Assembly (NCBI RefSeq): GCF_009914755.1
Contig: NC_060926.1
Reading direction: 5' to 3' (one strand)
Length of the DNA stretch: 64,000 nucleotides
From: the human T2T-CHM13v2.0 reference genome, Homo sapiens
The notes beneath the pieces were generated by a model, which saw only the letters and a list, made by a program, of their open reading frames with translations, did not search any database and was not told the origin of the DNA. The position numbers were made by a program, and so were the translations under genes. Positions 13,151 through 26,759 of the stretch are shown in pieces. Positions within the stretch are counted from its first letter, which is position 1. Every line of letters starts with the position of its first letter.

Positions 13151-13903
13151 TTTAGAAGTCAACAGATACCATAAAAATAGAAGTCTTTTTCCTTTAAAAT
13201 CTAACATATTTAAGAACCAACCAGCCCCTTATTGTAGTGTTTTGTCATAACATAATTTTAGCCATGGAACTTGATCAAATTGTGTTATGAGTCATTTGAC
13301 AAGTAAGCTTAATTATTTGTTAAGTAAATTTAGCAATTTATGATGCCCTTCATAAACATACCTCTGGCAGCCCAACACACATAAATAAGTAAGCAAGAAT
13401 AAATATGTCTACATTTATTTTGTTCACCTGTAAGAAATTTTTTAAAGTTCATAAAGTATTGATTAGGTAGTATTTATAAATAAACAGTGTAAATATGAAA
13501 TAATGATTGACCTTCAAATGGAATATTTATTTTTTATAAAAAGATAAGGACATTTGATACTTAATATTTCAAAAATGTCTAATATATAGTTAATAACTAA
13601 AATTAATATATAATAAGTAATATATAATTAACAAGTAAAATTATATAATATATAATTGATATATAACTAATAAAATTTGAAAGCATTAAATTAGAATAAC
13701 AAAAACAATGACTTAATTTTCAATGACGAAGTATTGATTTGAGAGAAATAAATATAAAACTATGTCCTTGAAAATGTATTTAAGAGATATACATGCTCAT
13801 ATGTTGTTGACATAAAAAATTGATTGGTAAATTCCTAATGAAAACAAAATTCATATGTGTCAAGAACAATTAAAAAGAGAATAACTGCTAGCATGCAATC
13901 TTA

Positions 13904-14375
<472 letters not shown>

Positions 14376-14519
14376 GTGATCCATAGTATCTTGACAGTTT
14401 TTAAAAGTAAAGATTTGCTATAATTTAAAAGTCTAACAATAGCTATTTGGTTAACTAAATTATTAGGCGGTCATAGAATAAACTAAAATAGGAGTATCAA
14501 ATCATGTTATTATTTTTAG

Positions 14520-14745
14520 CTAATTTTTATTGACTACTATGTACCATAAGTTGTCATAAACATATGATGATTTTTATGTAATTATTTATATATTTTATTA
14601 TTTGAGCATCTCAATAATCCTATAAGGAATGTATTACTCAAGCTACTATTTTAAAATGAGAAAAATGAAATCAATTTAATTAGAATTTTGTCTAAATCAG
14701 ATAAAATGTACATGTGAAAGACTCACACTCAAAATCACATTCCTT
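14520..14745 (-). mobile_element. MIR (decayed)
   Basis: ATCTCAATAATCCTATAAGG...CTATTTTAAAATGAGAAAAATGAAA resembles the antisense MIR core. Confidence 0.45.
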
Positions 14746-15696
14746 GTTCCCATGTAGTCTACTATAACAAGAACTTGTTATAGTATAGAGGAAGTATTTA
14801 GCTTTAATAAATAGGAAAAATGGCTTTAAACCAGAATTATCATAATTATACAGTACATATATGGAGTATAGAGAAACTCTATAAGGAAATAACCTTAAAT
14901 GTTAACACATTGTTTTTGATGATAGGATTAAGAATATTTTTTCTCCCTACCTTTTCCCAACACTAAAAAGGTGTTAATTTGTTTTAGTGGGAGAACATTT
15001 GAAAGAATTTCTGTGAACTCTTGAAACTGTACAATGTCTTCTACACATTCCAAATAGGTGCTTTGGTTCATGCTGAGCCATTAAGACCAAGGGATACATT
15101 TTCCGTTTTCTACTCTATCTTTCTGAGATTTTGAAGCATTCTGCCCTCCATTTGCCCCAATATTTCTTTCTTTTCTTATTGCCAATCACTAACGTAAAGA
15201 CCCAGGCTCTGCCCTTGTCAAAGACACTCATCTCTGAGCATCTTTGGGCAGCCAAGGGTCTTTTGCCTCTTCAGTGAGTGAAAAGATTAATTCGTTTTCA
15301 GAATTCTGGATCAAAATAGGAGCTCCGGCTCAAAATAGGAGATTCTTTCCACTTGCGAGATCAAACCCCACATTCCTCCTCCTTTCATTCTATTATGACT
15401 GAAGCCTTTCAAGGTCATGGGATTAAACATGGCTGGAGAAAAGTTGATAGTGTCACAGAATGGAAAATGTATTATGTTTTTAATCATGTGTGGAACAGGA
15501 AAGGATTGCCTTGCTGTTGATGTGTGTATATTTGTTTGTGTCTTTTTCCCCTTTGCAACAAGGCCATCTCCAGAAAGCAATGGAAGTTAGATGAAATGGA
15601 TTTTACTTGAGAAAACCATACTAGAAATAAACAATTTTTTTTTTACTATGGAAAGGATTTATTTCATTTGCCTTCAGAATCTAAAACTTCTAAAAG

Positions 15697-15731
<35 letters not shown>

Positions 15732-15758
15732 CGCGCGTATGTGTATGTACATATGTGT
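15697..15758. repeat. Compound (AT)7(GT)10(GC)3... alternating purine-pyrimidine tract
   Basis: 62 bp of uninterrupted RY alternation, read directly. Confidence 0.95.
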
Positions 15759-15824
15759 TTATATAGATGCAGATATAGAAATAAAAATAGTAATAGATGA
15801 AGATACATGTGTATATATTAGGGG

Positions 15825-15825
<1 letters not shown>

Positions 15826-15863
<38 letters not shown>
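15826..15863. repeat. (AC)19 microsatellite
   Basis: Perfect 38-bp AC run. Confidence 0.98.
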
Positions 15864-15866
<3 letters not shown>

Positions 15867-16899
15867 CCTAAACACATAGCTATCTTTTAAATGAGTAATG
15901 TATAATGCACTTGTGCAATTAAATTTGTGAGTCTCAGTGGGAAATGAGTAGCATCTTGAATGGCAGCCTTCCCTGAATCTAGAAGACAATTGTGAACTTG
16001 GGAGTAATTAACTTGCTGTAGAAGTCACTTTAGGATCAGGACTACCAAAAAGAGTGTAGGCCCCACAGGGTCAGCAATGCTGACAGGGTGAGTGGTTACA
16101 TGGTATTCCCAGAGAAAGCCTATATCCAGGCTAGGGCACCCAACTTTCATAAGGATGACCTTGACCTGGGTTATACTTTTACAAAAGTATAAGAGACCAC
16201 GTGGACATGTATATGGGGTAAGTGAACAGTCACTAGTGGAGCAAGACTAGAGAGGTCATTCTGAATGTCACGTGCAGCCTGAGACCACGGAGATCTTCCC
16301 ATTGACTTTGGACTTCCCATCTGTTCAATAATCTTAGACATTGACAATATATTTGATACTATGTAGTGCAGTGGTTTTCAAACCATGACGCATAGAATTG
16401 CAGGGACTCTGTAAAGTACATCAGCAGCTGGAGCTAATTACGCAGGAGGCAGAAAACCCCAATAGAAGGTGGCCACCTTCTATGCAGGCCCCTACACTTG
16501 CTTGCACACACCCAGACTTAGTAAAAACGTGATTCATTTTATGTGTTATAAAGGCTAGGATTTTTTTCTCCAAAAATATGATCTTTCATATTTTCCTTAA
16601 TCACAAAACTATAGATGTTTATTTTAATAATTTAAGCCATATAAAAATATATAAAGAAAAACAGTAGTCCTTTCCTTAATAAGTTTATCCCTGAGGAAAC
16701 CAGTGTCAATAGTCTGGGGTGTGTCCACTTATACAAATATGTACACATATAATTTTCTGTTTTCTGTCTTTTTCTTTAGATCAGAAATTGAGTCTCATTA
16801 TTTGTATTACTTTGCAATTTACTTCTTTTATTTATTAATATATCAGATATTTTTCAGATGTATAGAAATGTATTTCAATTGTTCTTTTCTTTTACTCCA

Positions 16900-17065
16900 A
16901 TAAATTTTTAAAACTACAATACATTGTTATTAACTATAGTCACCATGTGTACGTAAGCTATTAAACTTATGTCTCCTATTTAACTGCAATTGTGTATGCT
17001 TTGACTATCTCTGGGATCTCACCCCACCACCATTCTACTCTTTGTTTCTATGAGAAATTATTATT
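16900..17065 (-). mobile_element. L1MA-type 3' UTR fragment
   Basis: TACAATACATTGTTATTAACTATAGTCACCATG...CATTCTACTCTTTGTTTCTATGAG matches the recalled antisense L1MA 3' UTR. Confidence 0.7.
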
Positions 17066-17069
17066 TTAA

Positions 17070-18610
<1,541 letters not shown>

Positions 18611-19077
18611 ATGACTACCGTTGTGTCCTCATATTCCTCCCAGTGATATTTTTTTTCCCAATCCACTGGGTTCATTGACTGAGGTAAGCCCCCGTGGACA
18701 TTTAGTGACAATCTCAGATACTACTTATCCTAACTAATAGGAGTATTTTAATCACATTTGGGAAGAAAATTGCTAATACCTAGAAATAACAGAGTTCACA
18801 TAAAGGATATTCTTTTAAGAATTTTCCCTTTATCTTCACTACCACCCCTCTACTTCTATAGTTATAGACATTATTTCTTCTTGCTCAGCGCATGGTAATT
18901 TCCCTTTTCTTTTTGGTAGTACCACATACATTTTTTTCATTCCTATTCTCCTCCCCCGCCCAAATTATCTATCCTTTTTTTTTATTAGCCATCATATTCA
19001 ACTTTTTGAAACACTGATGTATTATTGTTTTTTATTTTTCTTAAGATAAAATAAAATATTTATCCTGGGGACAATAA

Positions 19078-19231
19078 AATGAAATTACATTTTTATTTAT
19101 TTTTTAATTTTAAAATTTTTTTATTTTTATAGATTTAGAGGTTACAAGTGCAGTTTTCTTTTCTTTTTTTTTTTTTCATCACTGGCCATCAGAGAAATGC
19201 AAATCAAAACCACAATGAAATTACATTTTTA
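19078..19231 (-). mobile_element. Miniature composite L1 insertion with 17-18 bp TSD
   Basis: AATGAAATTACATTTTTA occurs at 19078-19095 and 19214-19231. Between the copies: a T-rich tract, an L1PB-like 3'-end snippet, poly(T), and 43 bp (19176-19218) identical to L1 ORF2 at 63049-63091. Confidence 0.85.
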
Positions 19232-19289
19232 AAAGGAACCTCAGAAGGCTCTCGTACTCAGCTTCATCTTTCACTACCTACCTTAGGTC

Positions 19290-19700
19290 TTTGTGCTTCA
19301 GCCTTCCTGTCCTGCTTCTGTATCCCAGTAATCCACCCACCGAGGTCATTGGCCTCTTCAGGTACAATTCAATTATCTTGAATACTTCTCAAGCCCTCAC
19401 ACATTCATCCATTTTCCTAGGTAATTTGCTCACTTTCTACGTAGCAGTTAAAGTATCATTTCCTAAGGATGACTTCTTTAACTGCATATTCCTTTTTGCT
19501 GTGGAATCATATTCTTTCTTTCACGGCACTTATCTTAGGTGTCATTTTACCTTCATGGGTGTAATAGTTTATGTTCATTTCCTCCACTTTAGGTTCAGCT
19601 CCACTGAAATGTTCCAGAGAGGATTTCGCTCCCCATTCAATCTTTATCAACTAATCCAGTGTCCCATATGTAATCCATGTTCAGTAAATGTTGCTTAAAT
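19290..19700 (+). mobile_element. L2 3' fragment
   Basis: Ends CCATGTTCAGTAAATGTTGCTTAAAT, similar to an L2 terminus. Confidence 0.5.
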
Positions 19701-19834
19701 TATTTGGGGAAAGTGGGAATCAAACAAGAAAGAAGAGAAAGAAGGAAAAACAGAGGGTCCAAGAGGAAAGGTGGGAAAAACAAAAACGATAAGAAGGACA
19801 TGTTATAGTGACCTGTTTTTCAAACATAGTTCTG

Positions 19835-19960
19835 TTACCATTTACCTGTTAATAAATTAGGTCTCATAGGTCTGTTATGAGGATGATATGAAGTAGCCAT
19901 TTAAAACACCCATGACAGAGCCTGGAACATTTAATAGTGATACTTAGTCAATGTTAGGTT
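19835..19960 (+). mobile_element. MIR 3' fragment
   Basis: CTCATAGGTCTGTTATGAGGAT...ACAGAGCCTGGAACATTTAATAGTGATACTTAGTCAATGTTAG. Confidence 0.55.
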
Positions 19961-20564
19961 ACTTGCCTCTGTACCTAACATTAGCTGGTAGATTTTCTCT
20001 TAGATGATCTTGAATTCAGTGTGATTTTTTTTGTTTAATTTGGGGCCTCATTCATCACACTGAATATTAAATTGTTATACCTTGATAATTTACTACTGCT
20101 AAAGCCATTTGATTTTTCATTGACAACAGGCAATACAGTAACGTAACTAAGGGGTGAGCATAAAAATTTTTAGAGGCCCTCAAAGTCTTTAATTATAAAA
20201 TGATGTGCAATTTTATTTTCAGCTCACTTTCAAAAGTTGAGAAAACATAACCCCCATTTTGTAGGCATCGCACTAAATCTCATGAAATACTGCTTTGATT
20301 TTATAATCATTGCCATTAGCAGTTAAGTGTTTATATTATTTTGCTCCCTGATAGTTAGAAAACTTGTTAAATCATTATTTTCTGTGGCTGTGTTCTGCCC
20401 CAAGATTTGTTGTCCCTCAAGCATCTCTAAGTTTCAGCAGGTATACTTCTTAGTGTTGACATTTTACTCTGAAAAATTTTTTGGAGTAACACACCTGTCA
20501 TTGCAGATTTGCTTTTCCAGGCTTATAGTTGCATACACATAATCATTTCACTGGACACAGATAG

Positions 20565-20960
20565 TGTTGTGTTAAATTAGAGATGCCCAGGCTTTAAGTC
20601 CAGACAATCAGGGCTTGAATACCAGATGCATCTCCTTACTGGAGGTATAATCTAGGGAAAATTGTTTTACCTATCAAACCTTCATTTGCTTATTACAATT
20701 CCTATTACCCAGGATTATTTTGAGAATCAAGCAAGAAATATATCTAATTTATATTATTTGTGAGATATTTTTCTAAGTGCTAGATACTTATTAGGTCATT
20801 TAATCTTTGTCAAAACCCTGAAAGGTTGAAGCTATTATTCTCATTGTACACATGGGACAGTTGTGCGTAGAAGTAACTTGCCACACAATTAGAAAGTGGT
20901 CACACAGGACTTGAACTCAGACAGTGGGACTCCAGAGGTTGTAATGCTATTGGCTGTGCT
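20565..20960. mobile_element. Two MIRs, tail to tail (+ about 20565-20740, - about 20760-20960)
   Basis: + copy: CAGGCTTTAAGTCCAGAC...GGATTATTTTGAGAATCAA. - copy: TCATTTAATCTTTGTCAAAACCCTGAAAGGT...AAGTAACTTGCC...GGACTTGAACTCAG. Confidence 0.6.
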
Positions 20961-21419
20961 ATTGCACCTCTAGAGTACGGACCTCTTATGCACTCGCATG
21001 GCCCAGGGCTGCCATAAAATCCTTATGGCCTCCTAGTCCTGCTCTCATACCTGGCATTGGTAAGAGTAATGTGTGAGTGGTGCTTCCTGTCACTGCACAT
21101 GTCTCAGATTTGGTAGGAGCCAGTGCCCAAGGGCATATCTTTGTATTCTGGCTGAACTTTCATCTGAATGGTGGTGGATATACTTGTACATGCTACAACA
21201 ATGCACTTTTGTTTGGGTTAGGATGAATTAAGCACTTACAGAATCAGACAACAGTAAAAGGATCAAATATAAAGATCACAATCAAGATAGAATCATGAAG
21301 TCTAAGAACTGGATGAGACCATGCAGATAGTAACTGGCAATTATTTCAGTTTTAAGATGAATAACATGCATTTCAAAGACATTTCAAGTGTCTTAGCCCT
21401 CATTGCACTTTCCAGGTAG

Positions 21420-21800
21420 TGAAAGTGTTTTTATTCACATTTTATCATCACAACAGCCCTTTCAGGAAGGCATTGCTAGACTCATTTTAGAGTTGAAAAC
21501 ACTGAGGTCCTTAGAGATTACAAAATTTGACTGAGGATACAGGTAGTAACAGCAAAACTTGGGTTTGAGATCTGGAATTTTCTTCTTCTTCACTGGAGAT
21601 ACATTGTCTTAACAATGCATCCATTTCTCATTATGCCTTTTTTCCTGTGTGTATTCAGGGTGATATAGTGGAGCAGAAAGAGATGACACTTTGGTGCAAA
21701 AGAGAGCTGGGGTGAAATACAGAGATATTTCACTGACTTGTCACTTGGCTTAATATCTTCATTTCTCTAGGCCTTAGGATCTTCAGTTCATGAAGTAGAG
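21420..21800. mobile_element. MIR fragments (- about 21420-21600, + about 21660-21800)
   Basis: CATTTTAGAGTTGAAAACACTGAGG (antisense core) and CTCTAGGCCTTAGGATCTTCAG (sense, decayed). Confidence 0.5.
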
Positions 21801-24354
21801 CCTAACTCAGAGAAATGTGCAGAGCATCTGTGGAACCTCTGCAAAGCAGCTCAGCAAGCAGTACTTTCATTTTTATTTGCATTTATTTACTTACTTTGAA
21901 ATTTATCCATTACCTTATCTCTCAGAAACTCTGGATGTGACTCTAGACCTCAGAGCTGGAGGCCACAGAGAAAGTGTCTAGAAAGAGCCCCAACTGAAGA
22001 TGAGCCACAACAAACAGCCCATTCAAATAGCACACAGAGAGAAAGAAACGTGTCTTCTACCAAGGCACGGATAAGTAATGTCTTCCTCAACATTGGAAGC
22101 TATGAGGCAAAATAAATGATAATGTAATAATGGGACTTACACACAGGTTTAATGAAAGGTACAGACCTTCTTCAACGGTCCATGCTACCCAAGAAAAGAA
22201 TCTGAGTATATGCAAGTGGGGTGTGAGGGTAGAAAGATGGGCATGCTCTTATCATGAGAGGCTGTCAAAGGTTTGTTTCCAAGTTTTTTATTTGTTTGCT
22301 TATCTTTCCAAAGTAGATAAGATTATCTAATCACTGCCAGAAGACCTGGGCAGGAAACACATATCCCCAATCCCATCAGCTTTCCAAGCGGAAGAAAGGA
22401 TGGAAGGAAACGCGGGAGCCTAAAGAATCAGAGGCAGGTGCCCATAGAAGATGAGACCATAAGGAAGGCAGTACACCCTTGTGCAAAATACCCAAGCATT
22501 TGCTTAAAGCCATTATCTCCCTGCTCAGATGAAAAACTAAAGAGTTCTCTATTTTCATATGCCAAATGAGGTGACATTTTTTCTCTTCTAAATAGATAAA
22601 ATATTGGGCAAAGCAGTTGACCAGAAGGGAAAATTAGCAGAATCTTTCCAAAGCTAAGAAAGACACAACCACAATGGAAAATAGGCTAGAAAGACAATCT
22701 TAATTTTTGAAGGGGGCAAAGGAAATACTGTGTTCTTTAAAAGCTACCTTTAAGGAAATGTCTGCATGTGTGCTTTAGCCCAAAACCTTCTAGGGCTGAA
22801 TTTGCTGTAGGTGGCACTTAAATACTTTGATTCTTACAGTGGGAAAAAAAAATAAAATGAAGTCTATGATCAATGAAGAAAACCAGGTCAAAGGCCAGGA
22901 GACCTCATTCCAATCCTGGCACAAAATAGCTACATAACTATTTACCCAACGGATAAATATCCTCAGCTAGGCACTAGATGCCGTTTATAAATTCTTGATT
23001 ATAATACTGTCTTTTCTACCTCACAGGGCTATTGAAAAGATCAAATTATATCCAAATACAGCTGTGTAATAATAATGATAATAACAATGGTAATAACAAT
23101 GCCTGCCATTAGTTTTAATTGTATTTTCAATAACTTCTCAATTAACATGCACATGGAATTGTCATGATACAATATCCAATTTCAGAAAATGACTGAGATG
23201 AAACCACCTTAATATATTATGAGAAGGGTTGGAAACAAAAGCCTTTAACAAATATTCATAATACAAGCTGAATAAAAAATCATATGATAATGCAGGTTTG
23301 GATTTAAATACAGAATAGTGAGTATCTTTTTTTGGATTTCAAATTTAGTTCATAATAACTGACTTTAACATAAATTCTCAGAGGGGAGTGCTCTCTCTCT
23401 GTCTTTGAAACATAGCCCACATGATTATTTTAACTTAATTAGAACTATGTTGGGGCTGAGTAGAAAGTTCCCAGAGACCAATATGGGCATAATTTCCAAC
23501 TTGTTTATGTATGATTCTTCAATTCTGGGTCTAAATGTCATCAATGAGCAAATAAAAAGTGGATCTGTCAGTCAAATACCTGGTATTTTTAAACCACTTT
23601 GCATATAAGTGATTCAAATGAGTGTTTAGTCGTCCCGTTATCCATATGCACATATGAAGACACACACACAGAATAATAACATTGGGTAGTTTCTGTGGAC
23701 AGAGCTCAGGATGTGTGTATGTGTAGGTGGGTACATGATACTAAGGTTATGGAGGAAGGGTAGGAAGCTCGTCCAGAAACAGCCTTGTACACCAGTCTGA
23801 GGACTTTCTCTCTCCCCATGCCTCTTTTCAAACAATGATGCCCCAAAGACACCAAATATTTTTTGATGCCGTGACCGAAAGGAAAAGGATCCCCCTCATG
23901 AAGGATAAGACACTGACTGGGATGTGGGTAATAAGGAGGACTATAACACATAGCTATTTGAAGGCTGTTCACTGCCATCCTCACCTTTATGACTTTATTG
24001 TTCTCTTTTTATCTTATCTGATTAATCAATTAACCCTCAAGTTCTGGCAAAGCAGTGTCTTAATAGTTGCTGTTTCTTACAGTGGTTTCAGCAAGCTGCC
24101 AGGAGCATGCCTGGTGTACAGCAGGCACTCACAACATATGTGTGGAAAAAAAGATGAAGGCAATATCAGGGAAGAAGCATGTTGACTATCAAGTTGTGTT
24201 TGAAACACCAAGTACTCTTTCTGATCAGCCATAGACCCAATCCATGCTAGACAATAAGTGCAGTGGGGAATGGAACGTTTTAGGAAAAAATATATAATGC
24301 CTGCTCTCAAGAAAGAAAGGCAGGGAAAAAAAGAGGACTCATGGAATTCATACA

Positions 24355-24560
24355 TTCTGCCAGGAACTCAGCTAATGAGTTTTCATATAGTGTCTCATTT
24401 AATCCTTGTAACCATTCCATTTGGTGGACATTTTTAACTCCATCTCACAGATGAGGAAAATGAAACTAGAAAGATGAAGTAACTTGCCTAAGATCCAACA
24501 GTTAAGAAGTATTAGAGGGAAAATTCTATTTTTGGTCTTTCTGAGTTTAAATCCAACACT
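24355..24560 (-). mobile_element. MIR
   Basis: CTCATTTAATCCTTGTAACC...CACAGATGAGGAAAATGAAACTAGAAAGATGAAGTAACTTGCCTAAGATC, a clear antisense MIR core. Confidence 0.8.
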
Positions 24561-24891
24561 CCTTTTTTATAATACCATTTTAATTTTTGAAAGAAGTCAA
24601 AATAATTTGGGTAACAAGAGCAACAGGAAATAATTAGAAAACTTCATTATAGAATATAATAAAGGGCCACGTATTTTAGACTAAGAATTGATTCTTGACG
24701 CAGTGAGAAGCAGAGAGAACAAGCATTTGTACTGACATGTTTTATTCTACAACACCCCATCAGGTGATAATTCCTGAGGAACAGAAAACTTAAGAAATCT
24801 CCACAGTCAAAAGAGTCAAACTCGAGATTAGAGTGACAAAATCCCTGCCACTTACACTCCATTGTGAAGTTTCTGTGTAAACTATGATAAA

Positions 24892-25454
24892 TGTTAGAAA
24901 TATCAAAATTGTTAGAAATAGATAATGGGTGCTGCAAAAAAAAGTCAGCACGGAGACAAAAGATCTCTCAGCAAGGCCATCTTTGCTTTCAGCAGGAAGG
25001 GTGCTCAATTGCAGATGGAAGAATGGCAAGAGCACACCTGAACAAAGGAAAAGCAGATGTATTTATCTCTTACACATTTCGGTAGTCCTTACTGCTGTGT
25101 CCTGCGTCCATTGGCTACAGCGGGACCTCATACTCTCAAACTGACACCGAATTTGCTAATATCCTAAAACTTTCCTAAATAGGTAAGTGCAAGGAAGAGC
25201 AAAGAAGTTGCTTATGAAAGGTTTAAGGAAGCAGTAACATTTCCAAATAAGGAAGGGGCATAGGCTGTGAGCTGGAATGTACCTGTGAGCATGTCCAACA
25301 GTTACATAGGATAGGGCTTAGCAAAGAGTTATTAGCACAAAGCAAGGAAGCTTGAAGAAAGTTCGTCTTTAAAAGAAACTATTATTTCTAACACTTATGA
25401 TTTATTCTTTAACAAGAAGGGGAACTTTGAAAAGGAAACTTTTTACTTTCTACA
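24892..25454 (-). mobile_element. ERV1 solo LTR, LTR10 family-like
   Basis: TG...CA termini. The minus strand starts TGTAGAAAGTAAAAAGTTTCCTTTTCAAAGTTCCCCTTCTTGTTAAAGAATAAATCATAAG. Flanks ATAAA (24887-24891) and GTAAA (25455-25459) form a near-identical TSD. The family name is recalled. Confidence 0.8.
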
Positions 25455-26759
25455 GTAAAGAAGGTAACATTGTGATAAATCAGCATATTTGTTAAATAAA
25501 TCCTTACACAGATGATTCAATGATTAGCATAAAATTAAACACCGTGATAAAGCCTTCCTTGTTTCTTAGTGAGAGGATAGAAATAATTCACCAGATACCA
25601 CAAAAGATGTATAGTAAGCATGGTTCAATATTGCAACATGGAAATATATTACTATATACAATGAATGAATGAATAAGTAAACACACATACGAACAACAAA
25701 AAAAGCTGGCTGAGAATTGCATTAGGATTTTTTAAATGCCTTTACATTATGCTTTCAATTGATTTCTGTTCTTTCAAACTCCCTATCAGATGTTTCATTG
25801 TATCTGTGAGCCAATAACAGCAACAAATTACATTGTATTCTGGTTACTACAGCAGACCTTAAAATCCCTAAGTAAACTTATTTTTTAAATGGAGCATCTC
25901 TTCATAATTAGAATGCCAAATAATTCTCATTTCAAATAGTTAAACAGATTTAAATAGTTCCTTATCTTTGGTGCTTTCTTTCTCTGTGAAATGTATTCAA
26001 AGTCTTATTTATTTATGCATGGATTATTATATCTTTGGGCTAGATGCATAAATTTTTAACAGCTGATTTACTCGTGAAAAAGCTACATACATAAATATGA
26101 ATAAACATGCACACAAAACTATCAAGTTCTATGACATTTGTACTCATCTTCTAAATATCTTTACCATTTTTTTGGTTTATCTGCTCATTATTGCAAATGA
26201 AAACTTGTCAAAAGAAATCTGCTTTTCAAAAATAAAATCATGAGCTAAAGACTTTAAATTACTCAGCACGTATAAATTTTAACTTTACTGTTTTCCCCAA
26301 ATTAATTAATAGTATTCTAGCACATGTAAGACAGTTCTAAAGTAGTTTCTGTTTTCTGACCGATTGCCTTATTAATTAATGATAGCGTGGGACTTTAGAT
26401 CTTGTTTTAAAAAGAGTCAGAAATAATCTGAAATACAGTTGTTACAAAGGTAATTTACTGGTTGTGATGAACCAAATCTTTTGAGTTTAACATTAAAGAC
26501 CAGATAGGCAGTTCACTAATTTAGTCAACAAATGGTCTGTCAGATGCCTCTGGTAGCTTACTACAGAAACTGACCCAAAACTTGTGATGAGGACACTTGG
26601 AAAAACTATACTAAGTAAATAATTAAGTAAATAAATATATAAATATAGACAAATATTACTGCATAGAATTCAGGAAAAGAGAAATGGAGAGATACGCCAT
26701 TATTTGGAATCTCTTTAAGTTTGGAGGCGTTTGTCAAACCTGAAAAAGGCTACTGAGAG

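Noticed and set aside
16366-16560. CAGTGGTTTTCAAAC, a hAT-Charlie-like terminal repeat
   Set aside because: I could not find a matching opposite terminus or TSD, so it is not called.
22804-22817. Second CTCF-like motif GCTGTAGGTGGCAC
   Set aside because: Two mismatches at the core 5' end, which is plausible by chance.
23405-24355. Cluster of overlapping 65-116 aa ORFs in non-repeat-looking DNA
   Set aside because: No recognisable domain, ORFs on both strands, and no [16 protein letters not shown] architecture. Compatible with chance ORFs.
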